A DNA stretch of 64,000 bases from Paragordius varius (lineage: Eukaryota > Animalia > Nematomorpha), in NCBI GenBank assembly GCA_964247055.1, contig OZ176053.1, positions 4,092,001 through 4,156,000 of the forward strand. Direction: 5' to 3'. Both the position numbers and the translations under genes were made by a program. The notes under the pieces are model-generated. The model had not been told where the DNA came from. It did not search any database and worked only from the letters and a program-made list of their open reading frames with translations. Positions 35,753 to 48,100 of the stretch are shown one piece after another; position 1 is the first letter of the stretch; each line of letters begins with the position of its first letter.

Positions 35753-37717
35753 TTAACATAATACAAAAGAGGATAATATGAGAAGCCATAACAAAAATAT
35801 ATTATTTATTGTAACAATGGGCGCTGTATCATTACTACGCATTTCTTGGTACAAAAATTTATGCAATTGTTGTTGCAAGTCAGATTTTCGTGTTAAAGCA
35901 TTACAGGTCATCGATCCATTGTCGGCCATTATTTTCCCCATTTTTTCACAACTATCTGTGCAACAAACATCATTGACTGGTGTACATTGATATCCCTTTT
36001 TCAATTTACAGCCCTGCACACTTAAATTCAGGAGACTATTTATAATATAATTTGTTGATTTGTTCACGTATTTAAAATCGATTTTTGATGGTTCACAACA
36101 ATGATCCCAATACTCACAATAAGGCTCTGGGCCACAATCACATTCTTCCCCGGCGTCAATTACTCCGTTTCCACACATTGGACCGATCAGACAATCTCCC
36201 TTATTACGCAACACTTCTGTTATCTGTTTTTTGCTACATGGTGAAAACAACCAATTATTTCTTTTACCACCGGTTGAGGCTTCGCTAAACATAAGAAAAG
36301 TACCATGTCCTGCATAAGGATCACCACTCAGCTCCATATCTCCAAGGCAATCTGTCACATTATCATGGAAGCTCCCAAGGGCATGACCTAACTCATGCGT
36401 CACCGTTAACAGAGAAATGTGTTGAGGTACGCGTTTTCCCTTATGCACTATAGTAAAGATTCCAGTATTGAAACTATAGGCTTTGCCATCTTCTTCGAGG
36501 AAACCTCTTGCTTGGCATATGCCGCCCGCTCTCCCATTCATATCCGGGTCCGCAATCCATGTTAAACCTAAAATTCCTTCATTAAGTGTACGGCATGAAA
36601 AGGCCAAGGCTAAACAGTAATCAGACCAATCATATTCGGAAAAAGCGTTGAGATAAACGCTTGCATTCGTTATGTTATTGTTAAGTTTATAATTAACTGC
36701 TTTTGCGTCTTCAAACAGCGTTACGTTCGCCACCATAAATCCAACATTATCTGCAATGCCATCCCCGTCAAAATCGACGGTCCGAAATATACTGTTAGCT
36801 GCAAGGATGTGAAATATCATTTCATCGATTGGATCTTTTCCTTGCATTTTCATACACTTAACATACTTATGATCGGCAACCAAATGGACGTGACAACTTT
36901 TACTATAAAAACTATTTTTTAGGGCTTGGTTAATTAACTTAAGTGTATGCAACATTTCGGTACGATTAAAATTTTTGGTGTACGATTGCATCCGATCCAT
37001 GTGCTGATGTAACGTTTTGTGATAATGGATAGAATTTTGAGCTATTTCGTCATTCGGTGTTTTCATGATTAAAGCGGATTGCCGACCTTTCAATGTCACT
37101 GACATTTTTTCTCTCAAATTCCACATTCCTTTCATCGAATCCCCGAAATCACTATCTCGGTATATAATCACACTTATATTACAATCGCCTCTCTTTGGGC
37201 CAGGATTAAATGGTTCCATATGGTAAACAGTGTTATTCACGAAAAACAACCCACTAAATACCGCACCTTGCATATTTAAGATGATTGTGGAATCGGAATT
37301 ATTTATCAATCGACCTGATAAAATATGACCATTTTCTTGGTTGGATTTTAGTCTATTTAGCGAGCCATTTTTATACACATTTACGAAGGCATTTGAACTT
37401 ATAATATGGCTTGCTGTATCATTTAAGTAAAATGCGAATGTTTGGTTGAATGCGTTAATGTTACCATAATACATATACGATTTCGGTAGTTTCGTTTTTA
37501 CCTTATTATCATTAATATATGATGAGGTGCTATTCTTTGGGCAAGATGTAATTATAATGTTTTTCATCCCATCACTCACTTTGACATTTGATTCGGCCAG
37601 TTCATAATATTTTAGAAAATTAGTTATATCTTTGCCATCTTCTGTAGTATCTTGTAAACATAAATTATTAAACGGTATAATTATGAATATTATATGATTG
37701 AGAAAAAGGTTAAGCAT
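35753..37717 (-). CDS. ADAM10: ADAM10/kuzbanian-like zinc metalloprotease, single ORF, truncated disintegrin domain, C-terminal hydrophobic tail (654 aa)
   Basis: Signal-like N-terminus and prodomain. CHVHLVADHKY; DFDGDG; DYCLALAF...GILGLTWIA; zinc motif HELGHALGSFHD; Met-turn FLMF; CGNGVIDAGEECDCG. One-to-one orthology to ADAM10 not established. Confidence 0.85.
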   Translation of the reverse strand: MLNLFLNHIIFIIIPFNNLCLQDTTEDGKDITNFLKYYELAESNVKVSDGMKNIIITSCPKNSTSSYINDNKVKTKLPKSYMYYGNINAFNQTFAFYLNDTASHIISSNAFVNVYKNGSLNRLKSNQENGHILSGRLINNSDSTIILNMQGAVFSGLFFVNNTVYHMEPFNPGPKRGDCNISVIIYRDSDFGDSMKGMWNLREKMSVTLKGRQSALIMKTPNDEIAQNSIHYHKTLHQHMDRMQSYTKNFNRTEMLHTLKLINQALKNSFYSKSCHVHLVADHKYVKCMKMQGKDPIDEMIFHILAANSIFRTVDFDGDGIADNVGFMVANVTLFEDAKAVNYKLNNNITNASVYLNAFSEYDWSDYCLALAFSCRTLNEGILGLTWIADPDMNGRAGGICQARGFLEEDGKAYSFNTGIFTIVHKGKRVPQHISLLTVTHELGHALGSFHDNVTDCLGDMELSGDPYAGHGTFLMFSEASTGGKRNNWLFSPCSKKQITEVLRNKGDCLIGPMCGNGVIDAGEECDCGPEPYCEYWDHCCEPSKIDFKYVNKSTNYIINSLLNLSVQGCKLKKGYQCTPVNDVCCTDSCEKMGKIMADNGSMTCNALTRKSDLQQQLHKFLYQEMRSNDTAPIVTINNIFLLWLLILSSFVLC

Positions 37718-38112
37718 CCATGTTTTTCACTTGGTTTGATAATGTGGTTATTTTAACAATTAAAATAACTCATTAAATAAATATAATTATTTCATATTAA
37801 CAATCATATTAAAAAAGTTTTTTATTTAGAGCTCAACTAATCGTGCTTTATTTACATAATTTGGCTATATTTGAATACCATGAATATTGATAAACTGGTC
37901 TTTGAAATCAAGAACTCCTTATTTCTTTTTGTTATTTAAATTGAAAAATTATTTAATTCTATAATCCAGGACTTCGATCAGCGGCAATTAAGTGGAAGGT
38001 TTTTAGAATTTTGGAATCAAAACCGGGTTGGTTAAAACGGTTCCGAAACCGGTTTCATTTTGGTTCTTGACATTTCATTAAATGATTTTTGTACAGCATT
38101 TTTATTATGCCA

Positions 38113-38698
38113 CTAGCGTAAATCTCGTACTGCTACGCAGCCTAAGGAAGTCCTTCGGACTTCTGGGGAACTATTTGAAAAAAGGGACACTAAAATGATC
38201 TACATATGTGAATTATTTCGAAACATTATTTAATAGCTATGATCTCATAGGAATTTTAAAACGGTGCATTCATACTAATATATTATTTACTTGGGCGAAA
38301 AATAGTTTCAAAAAATTATTTTTGTGGACTTTGTTTTTTGAAAAAATGGCATTTTACGGGGGGAGCGGGTAAAGAGAGGGCCTTAATTAAAAAAGCGAGA
38401 TGACTATTCGGCGCAATCGAAAATAACTAAACAAAAATCATATTTGAAATTGAATGCTCCAACACGTCCTCTGGAAAATTGTCTCAAAGACACGATTTTT
38501 GTGGACTTCTGTTTTCAATAAAAACCCATTTTTCACACGGGGTGGGCCCGAACTGGGGCCTACTTTAAAAAAGGGCGAAGCTATTGTCGGGGCATTTATT
38601 AATGATTATATTTTTTGATATTTGGATTTGAATACGTTTACCGGTTTTCCGGAAACAGATCATAAAGCCGGCATTTTCCATTTTTATAAATATATAGA
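38113..38698 (-). mobile_element. Non-autonomous Helitron (short copy, 586 bp)
   Basis: Same A|TCTATATAT start and CTAG|T end with hairpins as 4981-6269. Collinear with 4981-5168 plus 5876-6269. Confidence 0.85.
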
Positions 38699-40656
38699 TT
38701 ACAAATTAAAAATTCATAAAATCAAAACAATTTTTAATATTTTTGCGAAATCGTTTTGAGGGCATCATGCAGCCCGTGGACCGTAGTTTGAGTACCAATG
38801 ATACATAGTGTGCATTTTTTCATGGACGTAATAGTTAATGGTTTTGTTAAATTTAGGGATTGTAATATAATTCAAAGAATTTTTTAAAATTTTTAGATGT
38901 AAAAATATAATTACACCTAGATAATATCAATTTCCCTTTTTCTAAGCTAAGAGACTCCATAATATATATTGTTTTTACCAAAGTTTATTACATTAATTAA
39001 TAAGAGGAATGTCATACTTTATAAAATCTTCTGAAAATAACCATGTCTGTGGTTCTTTTCATGTGTTAAAGGTAGATATTCAGTAAAATTGTCAATATAT
39101 TAATTTTATTTAAATATTATACGGGAAAAAATGTTATCGTATGATCACTCAAAAAATAATATTTAACAACAAATTTCAGAATATGAAATTTATTTCATAT
39201 TAATGGGAAACCAGAAAATATGTTATATTACATTACAATTAATGAAAAACCAGTGAAACAATGAATCTAACATGTGAGAACCGCCTGTTTTGATGGTGGA
39301 ACCATGCTGGATGGGTTGATTTTAACTCAACCGAATTGGTTCCCGCTAAAATCTCAGCAAGCTGTTTCCAGTTTGAATCCACATAATATATTTTTGCGAT
39401 ATTTTTATTTTAATGTTATAGATTTTAATGTTGTGTGTTTGTTGTCTCTCGAGTACTTAAGCGAGTCTATTAAACTGTATTACTTTTTTGGGGGTATTTT
39501 TAACAGAGTGCATATATAATTCTCTAAAAACCGTATTTATGATATTGAGTCAAATATTTAAATATTAATCTATGTCCTGGCTCATAAACACATTTTTTGA
39601 AGTTTTTGAAATTGGCTAAAAACTGGCAAATATATATTGATAAAAAATATTGATTCCTTTTATAATGATTTTCATCACAATTTAACAGCGAATATTCGGT
39701 TATTTATTTTTAAAATCAGACGTTTACGTTGGATTTAGTTACTATATTATTTATAATCTGTAAAATATTTTTTTTATATATATCATTGAATAATCATATT
39801 TTATCAAAAATTTTCATAACAAATAGTTTTTTAACAAGTTTAAACGTGCAAACTATAAAAAAAGAAAAATTAATGAAGTGTAAATTAAATTCAACTATTT
39901 CTTGATGGTAACCAATTTAAATATTTAAAACAGTCGAAATACTACTATGTACAAAAAATTATTTTTTAATGTAATGAAACATCTATTTTGTCCGTAAAAG
40001 TAGTATTAATTAACCTTTTTATGCTACGTAAACCAAACAAATTGAATATTCAAAACTGGTAGAATCAAAAAAATAAAAAATTGTTGTCTATTTTGGTAAG
40101 GACAAGTTATCCACAAACCAAAATGAACAAAACCTTTTGGATATCACAATAACATCCAAAGTTTGACAAATTCTTGGCTAAACTATTTCTAAAATATACA
40201 CGTACTCTAATAACATGTTTAATATACTAACAAACAGATAATTCAGACGAATTTACTATGAGTACAGTAATGATAGGGCATATGTAAAAAATGAAATAAC
40301 TACAAGCTGGCTAAAATTGTATACTAGAGACTTTACATTGCTATATTCAAGAGATGATTATAAAAAACCACCCAAAAATATATCGATAAACAAGACCAAG
40401 AGAATGAAGTTAGAGTAAAAATATTTTAATTTACAATATAAATAAATATACTACCAAAATATACAAACAAAATATTATCCTATTGCGATTATCTGTTAAT
40501 GCCACCTCAACCGTACTATACAGACATAAGTAACAAACTCTAATGACACACTCAGCACTAATTTAAGCATTGCATATTTTTTTAATCTTTATATTCTTGC
40601 TTCTCGGGTCCCTTTAATGAATTATGGACAAATTTAGTTTATGATAATGCCTTTAA

Positions 40657-41172
40657 CACTTTGATTCAAAATGGGGTATCTAGTGACCCCAGATTATATT
40701 AAGGCTTATAATTTTAAAAACTATTGAAAGAAAAGGTTCCAATTAAAAATGCTTCTATCCTAACAAATATATAAATAGGCCAAAATATAATTTGGTTTAA
40801 ACATGTACCATTTCAATCTACTTCGACGCGATATTTATTACACATAAAAATATCGTGTTTCATTCTAACTTTTATTTAAATCACTTCTAACATTAATATA
40901 CAGTTTGTTTTGCATTCTTTTTATATTTAGCTAATGCACGCATGTCATGTAGACAATATTTTATCTTGAGATGGGTCCATAAAATAAGCTATATCAAGTT
41001 TTTTAAAATGTTGTTTTATATTTCGGTGTATCAATATATATAAGTGCAAACTTTTGCAATAACTTCAATTTGTTCCATATTTTTAGAAAACGTTTGATTT
41101 AAAACGGGCCTGGGGTCCCCAAAGATTACAATTTGAATCGGAGGACTGAAACGAATGTCTTATATCCAAGTG
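40657..41172. mobile_element. Short piggyBac-like TTAA-family element (516 bp)
   Basis: TTAA|CACTTTGATTCAAAATGGGGTATC at the left. Right end GGCCTGGGG...AATTTGAATCG.AGGACT...ATCCAAGTG matches 4290-4356; right TSD degenerate (TTTG). Confidence 0.6.
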
Positions 41173-41319
41173 TTTGCGAGATTTAGTAATTGGCATTTAG
41201 GTTTTGAATTTTTAGGGCGGTATGTATTTTAAAAACAATTGTGCATACTAATAAAAAATTAAGATAATCGAAAAAAAAATATGTAAAATATGAAAAATAC
41301 AAATTTATTATGTATAATT

Positions 41320-42113
41320 TTAGGATGAAAGAGGCATATCGTATATTTTGTGTCCAACCTTACAATATATAGCATTGATTTCCAGCGTGTCCTCGTAAAA
41401 TTTAACCAATTTGGACTAAGAATATAAAAGTTAAATTATTACCCGGATAGTTTCTAATTCTGAATTATCTAAAGACATGTTTGTCTCTAAATTCCACCCT
41501 AAACTTATGTGATAAGTGAATGTCTATTTAATATAATTAAAACCATAATGTTATACTGCAAGTAAAGGGAGGGTTATATCATATTTTTTTAGACAATCTT
41601 GTGTTTTGTTAGATAATTCTTTAAGTTCGGGTTGGCCACACTTTATATTAATTGCAATAAATAATCGCGTATTATTTTCATTTTTATAAACAACAATGTC
41701 TCCTAAAGTACAATAAAATCTCAATAAGAGTTTAATTTACTTTGCAGTTTTAGAAGCTGAATGTCGTAACTCCTGTAAAAAATTATCGATCCAATGATGT
41801 TTTAACACAAAGGTCGGGGTTAAACTCAAATGAAATGGTTGCTCAATAAGGTAAAACTTTTGCCTTTTTGGAAGATGATTGTTAATGCAATTAACGACTT
41901 TTGGGTCGAAATTTTCTATCACACCTGAAATAAATTTTACTAATCATACAATAAACGTAAGATGCCCAATTTCCATCTTCATGAGCAAATATCCTCTTTT
42001 TAAGAGGGATTACCGTATTTTTATCTAAACTGTCGTCTTCATCACTATTATTAATAATTAAATTGCCTGCTTGATGCCACGAAAAAATTTAAAGATTCAT
42101 TTTTGCGTTTCAT
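41320..42113 (-). CDS. USB1: U6 snRNA phosphodiesterase USB1 (6 exons, 221 aa)
   Basis: Exons 42113-42067, 42044-41950, 41924-41741, 41719-41557, 41523-41443 and 41415-41320 sum to 666 nt. Motifs RIFAHEDGNWASYVY; 2H motifs FHLSL and YHISLGW; NENNTRLF; CKVGHKIYDMPL. Introns are 22 (GC-AG), 25, 21, 33 and 27 nt. Confidence 0.9.
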
Positions 42114-42137
42114 CTACCCATTCATACATAAATATAA
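42114..42137. promoter_or_regulatory. 24-bp interval between divergent USB1 and PAXBP1 start codons
   Basis: Sequence CTACCCATTCATACATAAATATAA between ATG (minus, 42113) and ATG (plus, 42138). Confidence 0.6.
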
Positions 42138-45100
42138 ATGTTTGGCGTTCAAAAAAAGAAAAAACAAATTAGAAAAATAATATTAGATGAATCAGATCAT
42201 GAGGAAAGCAATTTTACCCAAGAAATTTCTAATTTACCTTCTCAAATTACCGTTAAAGCTCCCTTAAGTTTTGGAGACGAAGAGAGTAATAATATTTTTT
42301 TATTTAATTAATAGATGAAGATGTTTTCAAAATTAAAAAATCTATTCCTCATAAGAAGAAATCAAAAACACTAAAAAAGAATGAACGCGAGGAAGTTATT
42401 TTACATGAGGAAAAAGTGGAGTCTAATATCCAGCAAACTTTACAAAGTAAATAAATAGATTTTATTATTGTGTAGCCGGTGATATTCCAGATGCTCAAAT
42501 GATATTTGCCGCTCGTAAACAAAGACAAAATTTTAGAGAGTTTTCCGGCAACAACACTTTGTATCATCCTTTCGAAGTTGTTAAAAACAAAGTTTTATCA
42601 AAATCCGTTACCGACACAAAAAGCACGTCTCGAATCGTTAGGTAATTTAATATGCCGCAATATCGAAATTTGTTACCTATTAATTTTGATGAGACTAGCT
42701 ATTTAATGTTAAATTTAGAGGGCAAATGATTTAGTTTTATAATTTCTTAATGGTATATTTAGACATTCTAATTGATTTTACCATTTTATCGCTCAATCTT
42801 CTCTAAAACCAATCGTTAGGGAATGAACCTTTTTTAACGGATTATAGATTTTCCTTTGGATTTTGTCATTAATTAATTAATTTTTATCTAATTTACCATT
42901 TTGGTAAATAGATAAAGTTCAATAATTTGTAACGAAACTCAAAATAATACATTATTCATTTAGAGCAGGTTTTTTATTAACTTATACGCTACCCTGTCAA
43001 ATTTTGTTGGTATATTTTATTTTTAAATAAAACATTTTGTACGCAAATTTTTACAGAGAGGAAGACGATGATTTAAGTGACACAGAGGAGTATGGACAAA
43101 ACATTTCTACCACAACAGAAATTGATGACATTGAAAATCGTTATATTAACATGTCTCAAATTTTGGAGAATGAAAGCAAAGAAAAATATTCTAGCAAAAA
43201 GGTTTGCAGCATATTTTAAAATATTTATTAACTATACTGTTTTTTAAACATATTATAGTAATAACACTCATAGTATTTATTAAAAAAAATTTAATTTAGT
43301 ATTTTAAAAAATTAAAGTCTTTTCACAACTGTTTTTTTTCTGTTCTAATAAATGGTGGTATATTTAAATGAAAAAATTTAAAATATTGTTTAATTTGTAA
43401 TATAATTTATATCTTTTTGGGATATTTATTCATTTTCTTTTTAATCCTGGCACATATTAATCACCTGCTGGTCAATTACATTTACATTTAATTTTGATCT
43501 TTTATTTATTTTATGGGTTGGTTAATATTGTAATGTAGTGTTCTTTGTTTATTGCCAACATTATTCATTGACTTTTGGCAGTCGTGAAATAAACCATCAT
43601 ATATTATTTATTTTCATTTTTTAATTAGCTCGCCCTACCGATTTTTAATATTTATACTTGGCATAATGCAATTCGGTCTTATTTTTAGCATGTTAGGATA
43701 TATCTTTTCAGTAATGTACATCATAGTATGTATGACCGAAGTAGAAAAAATAAGTTTTTATTTGAACAAGGTTAAATAACAAGTCGCATTTTGATTAGTT
43801 TTTGTCGTTTTATTAATTAAAAATTAATTATTTTGAAAGATAATAGAAAAAAACCCTAAGTAGAAATCGAAATATAATTAAAAATTAAAATTTGTTTTTT
43901 TTAAAAAACGATGTATGATGCGGATTATGCGTTATGTAAATACCCATTATAATGGGGCGGTCTATGTATATTAGTATATATTGATCAAACAGCTGTTTTA
44001 CTAAATTCAATATATATATATATATATAAATTCACATAGGAATTGTTAAAATATTTGGATAAGAAAGAAAAGCAAGATATGGAAAAGATTGGGAAAAGTA
44101 CAGAAAATCATGATAATAATTTTCGTACACATCAAATTAGTGAGACATCACCAAAAAACCAACCAGGTTACGATGATAGTCGAAACATTGGTATATTTGA
44201 TTAATTATCTATCTAGATTTGCTTTAACATAAATTTAATTATTGATTGTAAATTATATGACATTGTAATTTGTCTTTAACTTTTTCATACTAAAAACCAT
44301 TTTTTTATTTTATTTTTTTATATATTTAGATTCAGAGGAGGAGGAATTTGAACGTTGGGAACAGGAACAAATCAAAAAGGGTTACAATATGCCCCAAGTA
44401 TAATTTTTATTATTTTTTGAATTTTGCTTTTTTCAATCAAATTTAGCTTTTTATTTCATAAATGCATCTGTGTGCTCTAAGGGTAGAGTTGTTTTAAAAA
44501 ATGTAAAATTTTACAATATGCATTTTATTGGTTGCTTATTTCACACTATAGTAGGGCAATTTGCCACAGGAGTGTATGTAAAAAAGAATGGAAATAATTT
44601 ATTTATTTTGTTGTTATTTTTCATATACTACTGTGTTGCAAATTGACCTAATATAGTGTGAAATAGGCAACCATTAAAATTCATACTGTATTACAGATAA
44701 AAATGGAATTGTTAATTTTTTTGAAATAAAATTTTCTTAATGCATATATGTTGTTTTGAATGGGAAATGTTGTTTTAATTTTCAATGAAAGGAGGTGAAA
44801 CGCATCATTTGAAAAATTTAATATAAATCATTTTAATAATTAGTTGTTGGATTTGCCATCTCAACCAGGTAAAAATTTTTACAAGGCAAAAGATAATAAT
44901 GTCAAATCCACCACCGCAACCCTAATTAATGGGAAAACTTTGGAAGGGTAAATTTTTAGAAAGCATTATTTTATTGAAATCATTTAAACATTTTACCGGT
45001 TTTGTTTATAGAATCTAAACAAATCTAATTTTATGTTAACACATTAAAAAATTATATAAACATTAAAAGTTAAACCAATATTTTTTAAACAACATATTGG

Positions 45101-48100
45101 ATTCATTATTATTTCCATATATTCTATATAAAGAAATGTTAAATATATAAAATTGAGCGATGGGTTAAAATGAAAAATTGTAGGTTTTATTTAATTTTCT
45201 TTAATAAACAAATATTATCCTCTTTTTATTAGTTTTTATATTAAATACTTTATATAGAGATTCCAGTACATTAACCACATTTAAAACATTAAAAGCAAAG
45301 GCTACCGCCCTGGAAACCAAAATTCCTCGTTTTATTTTATCGGAAATCGATCAACCAATTCAACGAAAAACTTCCCTAAACTCGCTTCTAAGTCCAGGCA
45401 GTATAATAAGGAAAGATATTGATAAAAGGTATATTAAAATTTTTAATAAACTTTCATTGATAACTATTTGTGAAATAAAATCTGTTTTTTTTTCTTATTT
45501 TGATTCAAATTAAAGAATCAAAAAGTAAATTAGTTGGATTGAAATGTGAATTTAACCAATAAACAATTGTTAATAGATTATTTATATTCCCAAAATCGGT
45601 TATTTTTTTTTATTTAAGGATTGAAGATTTAAAGAGTAAACTGGTTGGATTGAAAGGTGATTTAGCCAATACAATGGAACACATTTCAAGCAATGACGAG
45701 ATAAGCGAAAAGTTACAAGGAGAAAAAACTACACTGCAAGAGGAAAATACTTTTTATCAAGAATTTAAGGAATATGTTGAGGCTCTCATTGATTGCCATA
45801 ATGAAAAAGTAAGTTTTAACCCATTTTATTTTAAAAATTCTAAACCATAATCTTTGGCGAGCTTTGTCAAGATATACGCTTTATTGAACTAAATATGATT
45901 ATTATGTCAAAATTTTACCATATTTAAATCGAAATTTGTAATTTTTGAACGAACCATTTGCCATGTTGGAAAAATTTAGCATTGGTTGTTTTAACCTTAT
46001 TACATGCTTAATAATATAAATTCAAGCTTAGCACTTTATTTTTTTGCAAAAAATGAAAAACTAATAATTGGTTCTTTGATGCATTTCGCTTTTTGGCATT
46101 TATATTTCTTGTATGCGTTTGATTTGACCTACAAATTTTTTATGGATTTCGAAAGCATGCACCATTCATTTTATCTTGGACATTATTGAACTTACAAAAA
46201 AGACTTTGTGATTTACCATTTACAGTTAAAATTCACCCTTGAACAATTCGAATTCACATTGAACAATTTAAATTCACCCAATTCAAATTCACCCTTAAAT
46301 AAATTATATAGTTTTTTTTATATTTTTAAAATACGAAATTCTTTTTAAATTGATATAATGTTGAAAAATAATAATATGTCGTAAAAAATTTTTTATATAA
46401 ATGATGAGTAATATAAGCTCGAAAACACAATTTATTTTTAGGGTGAACTTGAATTGTTCGAGGGTGAATTTGAATTGTAAATGGTGTATATATATATATC
46501 CAAAACTAAATAGATTGTGGTAATAAATTCATTGGAGAATCGAATTCACAATCTGGGAAAACAGAGGGCCACGCGACAACACTCTCGTAAATTACAGGAC
46601 GTTCAGGATGAAATAACTCAATATTCTTTGAATCAAAGTCGGTAATTATTTATGTGTTTTATGTGTAATTTTTTATGAATGCATATTAGTTTGATTATCT
46701 AATAAAAGTTACTAAAAATTTTTAACCATTCATCATTATTGATCAATACTTAATAATGAGTATCTGATATATTTTTTCTTCCATATACGATCGAGAGCAT
46801 CTTTAAAATTAGTTGTTCATATTCATAGTTTTATGATTTACAGATATAAAAATTGCTTTTTTATTTTAAGCAAAAAAAAGAATCGGTAAACATACCAAGT
46901 TAAAGTGCTTTTATAATCTATATATAACAATATGAACCAAATAATATAATTTTTATCTCAATACTATTTCATATAATTTAGTTAATGGCCAAGAAGTTTT
47001 GGATATTAGTCTCAACACCTCGAAATTAAATGATGAGTCGAAACAACGCATCATTCAAAGGGAAAATCGAAGGTTTTACTTTAAGAATTTTGAATTAAAA
47101 TTTTGCATGCATTATCTATTTATAATTCCTAAAAATTATGAGAATTCCATAATTATTTTATTTGTATTTTAGAAAGATGCGTAAAACCAAGAAAAATGAT
47201 CAAAACATTACGCATTCTACAGACGAAGAATTAGATCTTGACACAAATGAAAACTACATTGCTTATAACAAACAAATTGGTTTTTCAAATCATCATATTA
47301 TCAAATTTTTTATTTTAATATTGGACTCTTTGAATTTAACAATAAATCTTGTTTATAGCAGTTATTAGATATTTTTTTTATAGTTTTTGGTTAATTTTTC
47401 CCCAAATAAAATTCTAAATATATTAATTTTTATTTATATAGCGGAATTACTTAAACAAAGGGATGGATTGTTTGATGATGTATTAGAGGATTATTGCGAC
47501 ATTTTATTTTTTATGGATCGTTTTGGTCAATGGAAATGCAAATACCCAAAATCTTATAAAGAGGCATACATTGACCTTTATTTAGCCACAGTCATAACCA
47601 ACATTGTACGATATCATACGTTGGATTGGAACCTTTTTTCAGTAAGTTGATCGTATTATATTTTTATATTTATTTTTCACATTGATACGAATTTTAATCA
47701 TCGGTAATTTTATAATTTGATATGGGTTTATTTTAATTGAAATTTTCAAAAATTTGACATCTACTTTGCAGAGCCAATTTCGGGAATAAATAATAGCAAC
47801 ACTTTTTAATATATAATGTTATCGGTTTAAAATATATGATTTAGAAACAGGTTTAATTAATCCGGCATTATACTAAAATACATATGTTTTATACTTATTT
47901 TATAGACAGATGCTAGCATTAACCAATGTAAGTTTATTGATATGCCATGGTTTTCCAAAATAATGACTCAAATATGTAATCATAAGAACTCTGAAATTCA
48001 GAATTCTGATGAAGGAGCGCCTATGAATTCTAACGCATCCGATGCAATGCTTATCATATCAAACGTTATTCAAAATGTCTTTTTACCAAAAATAACTTGT

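Noticed and set aside
40100-40620. Possible Penelope or other retroelement remnant (LLDITI-like)
   Set aside because: One weak motif with stops nearby; insufficient evidence.
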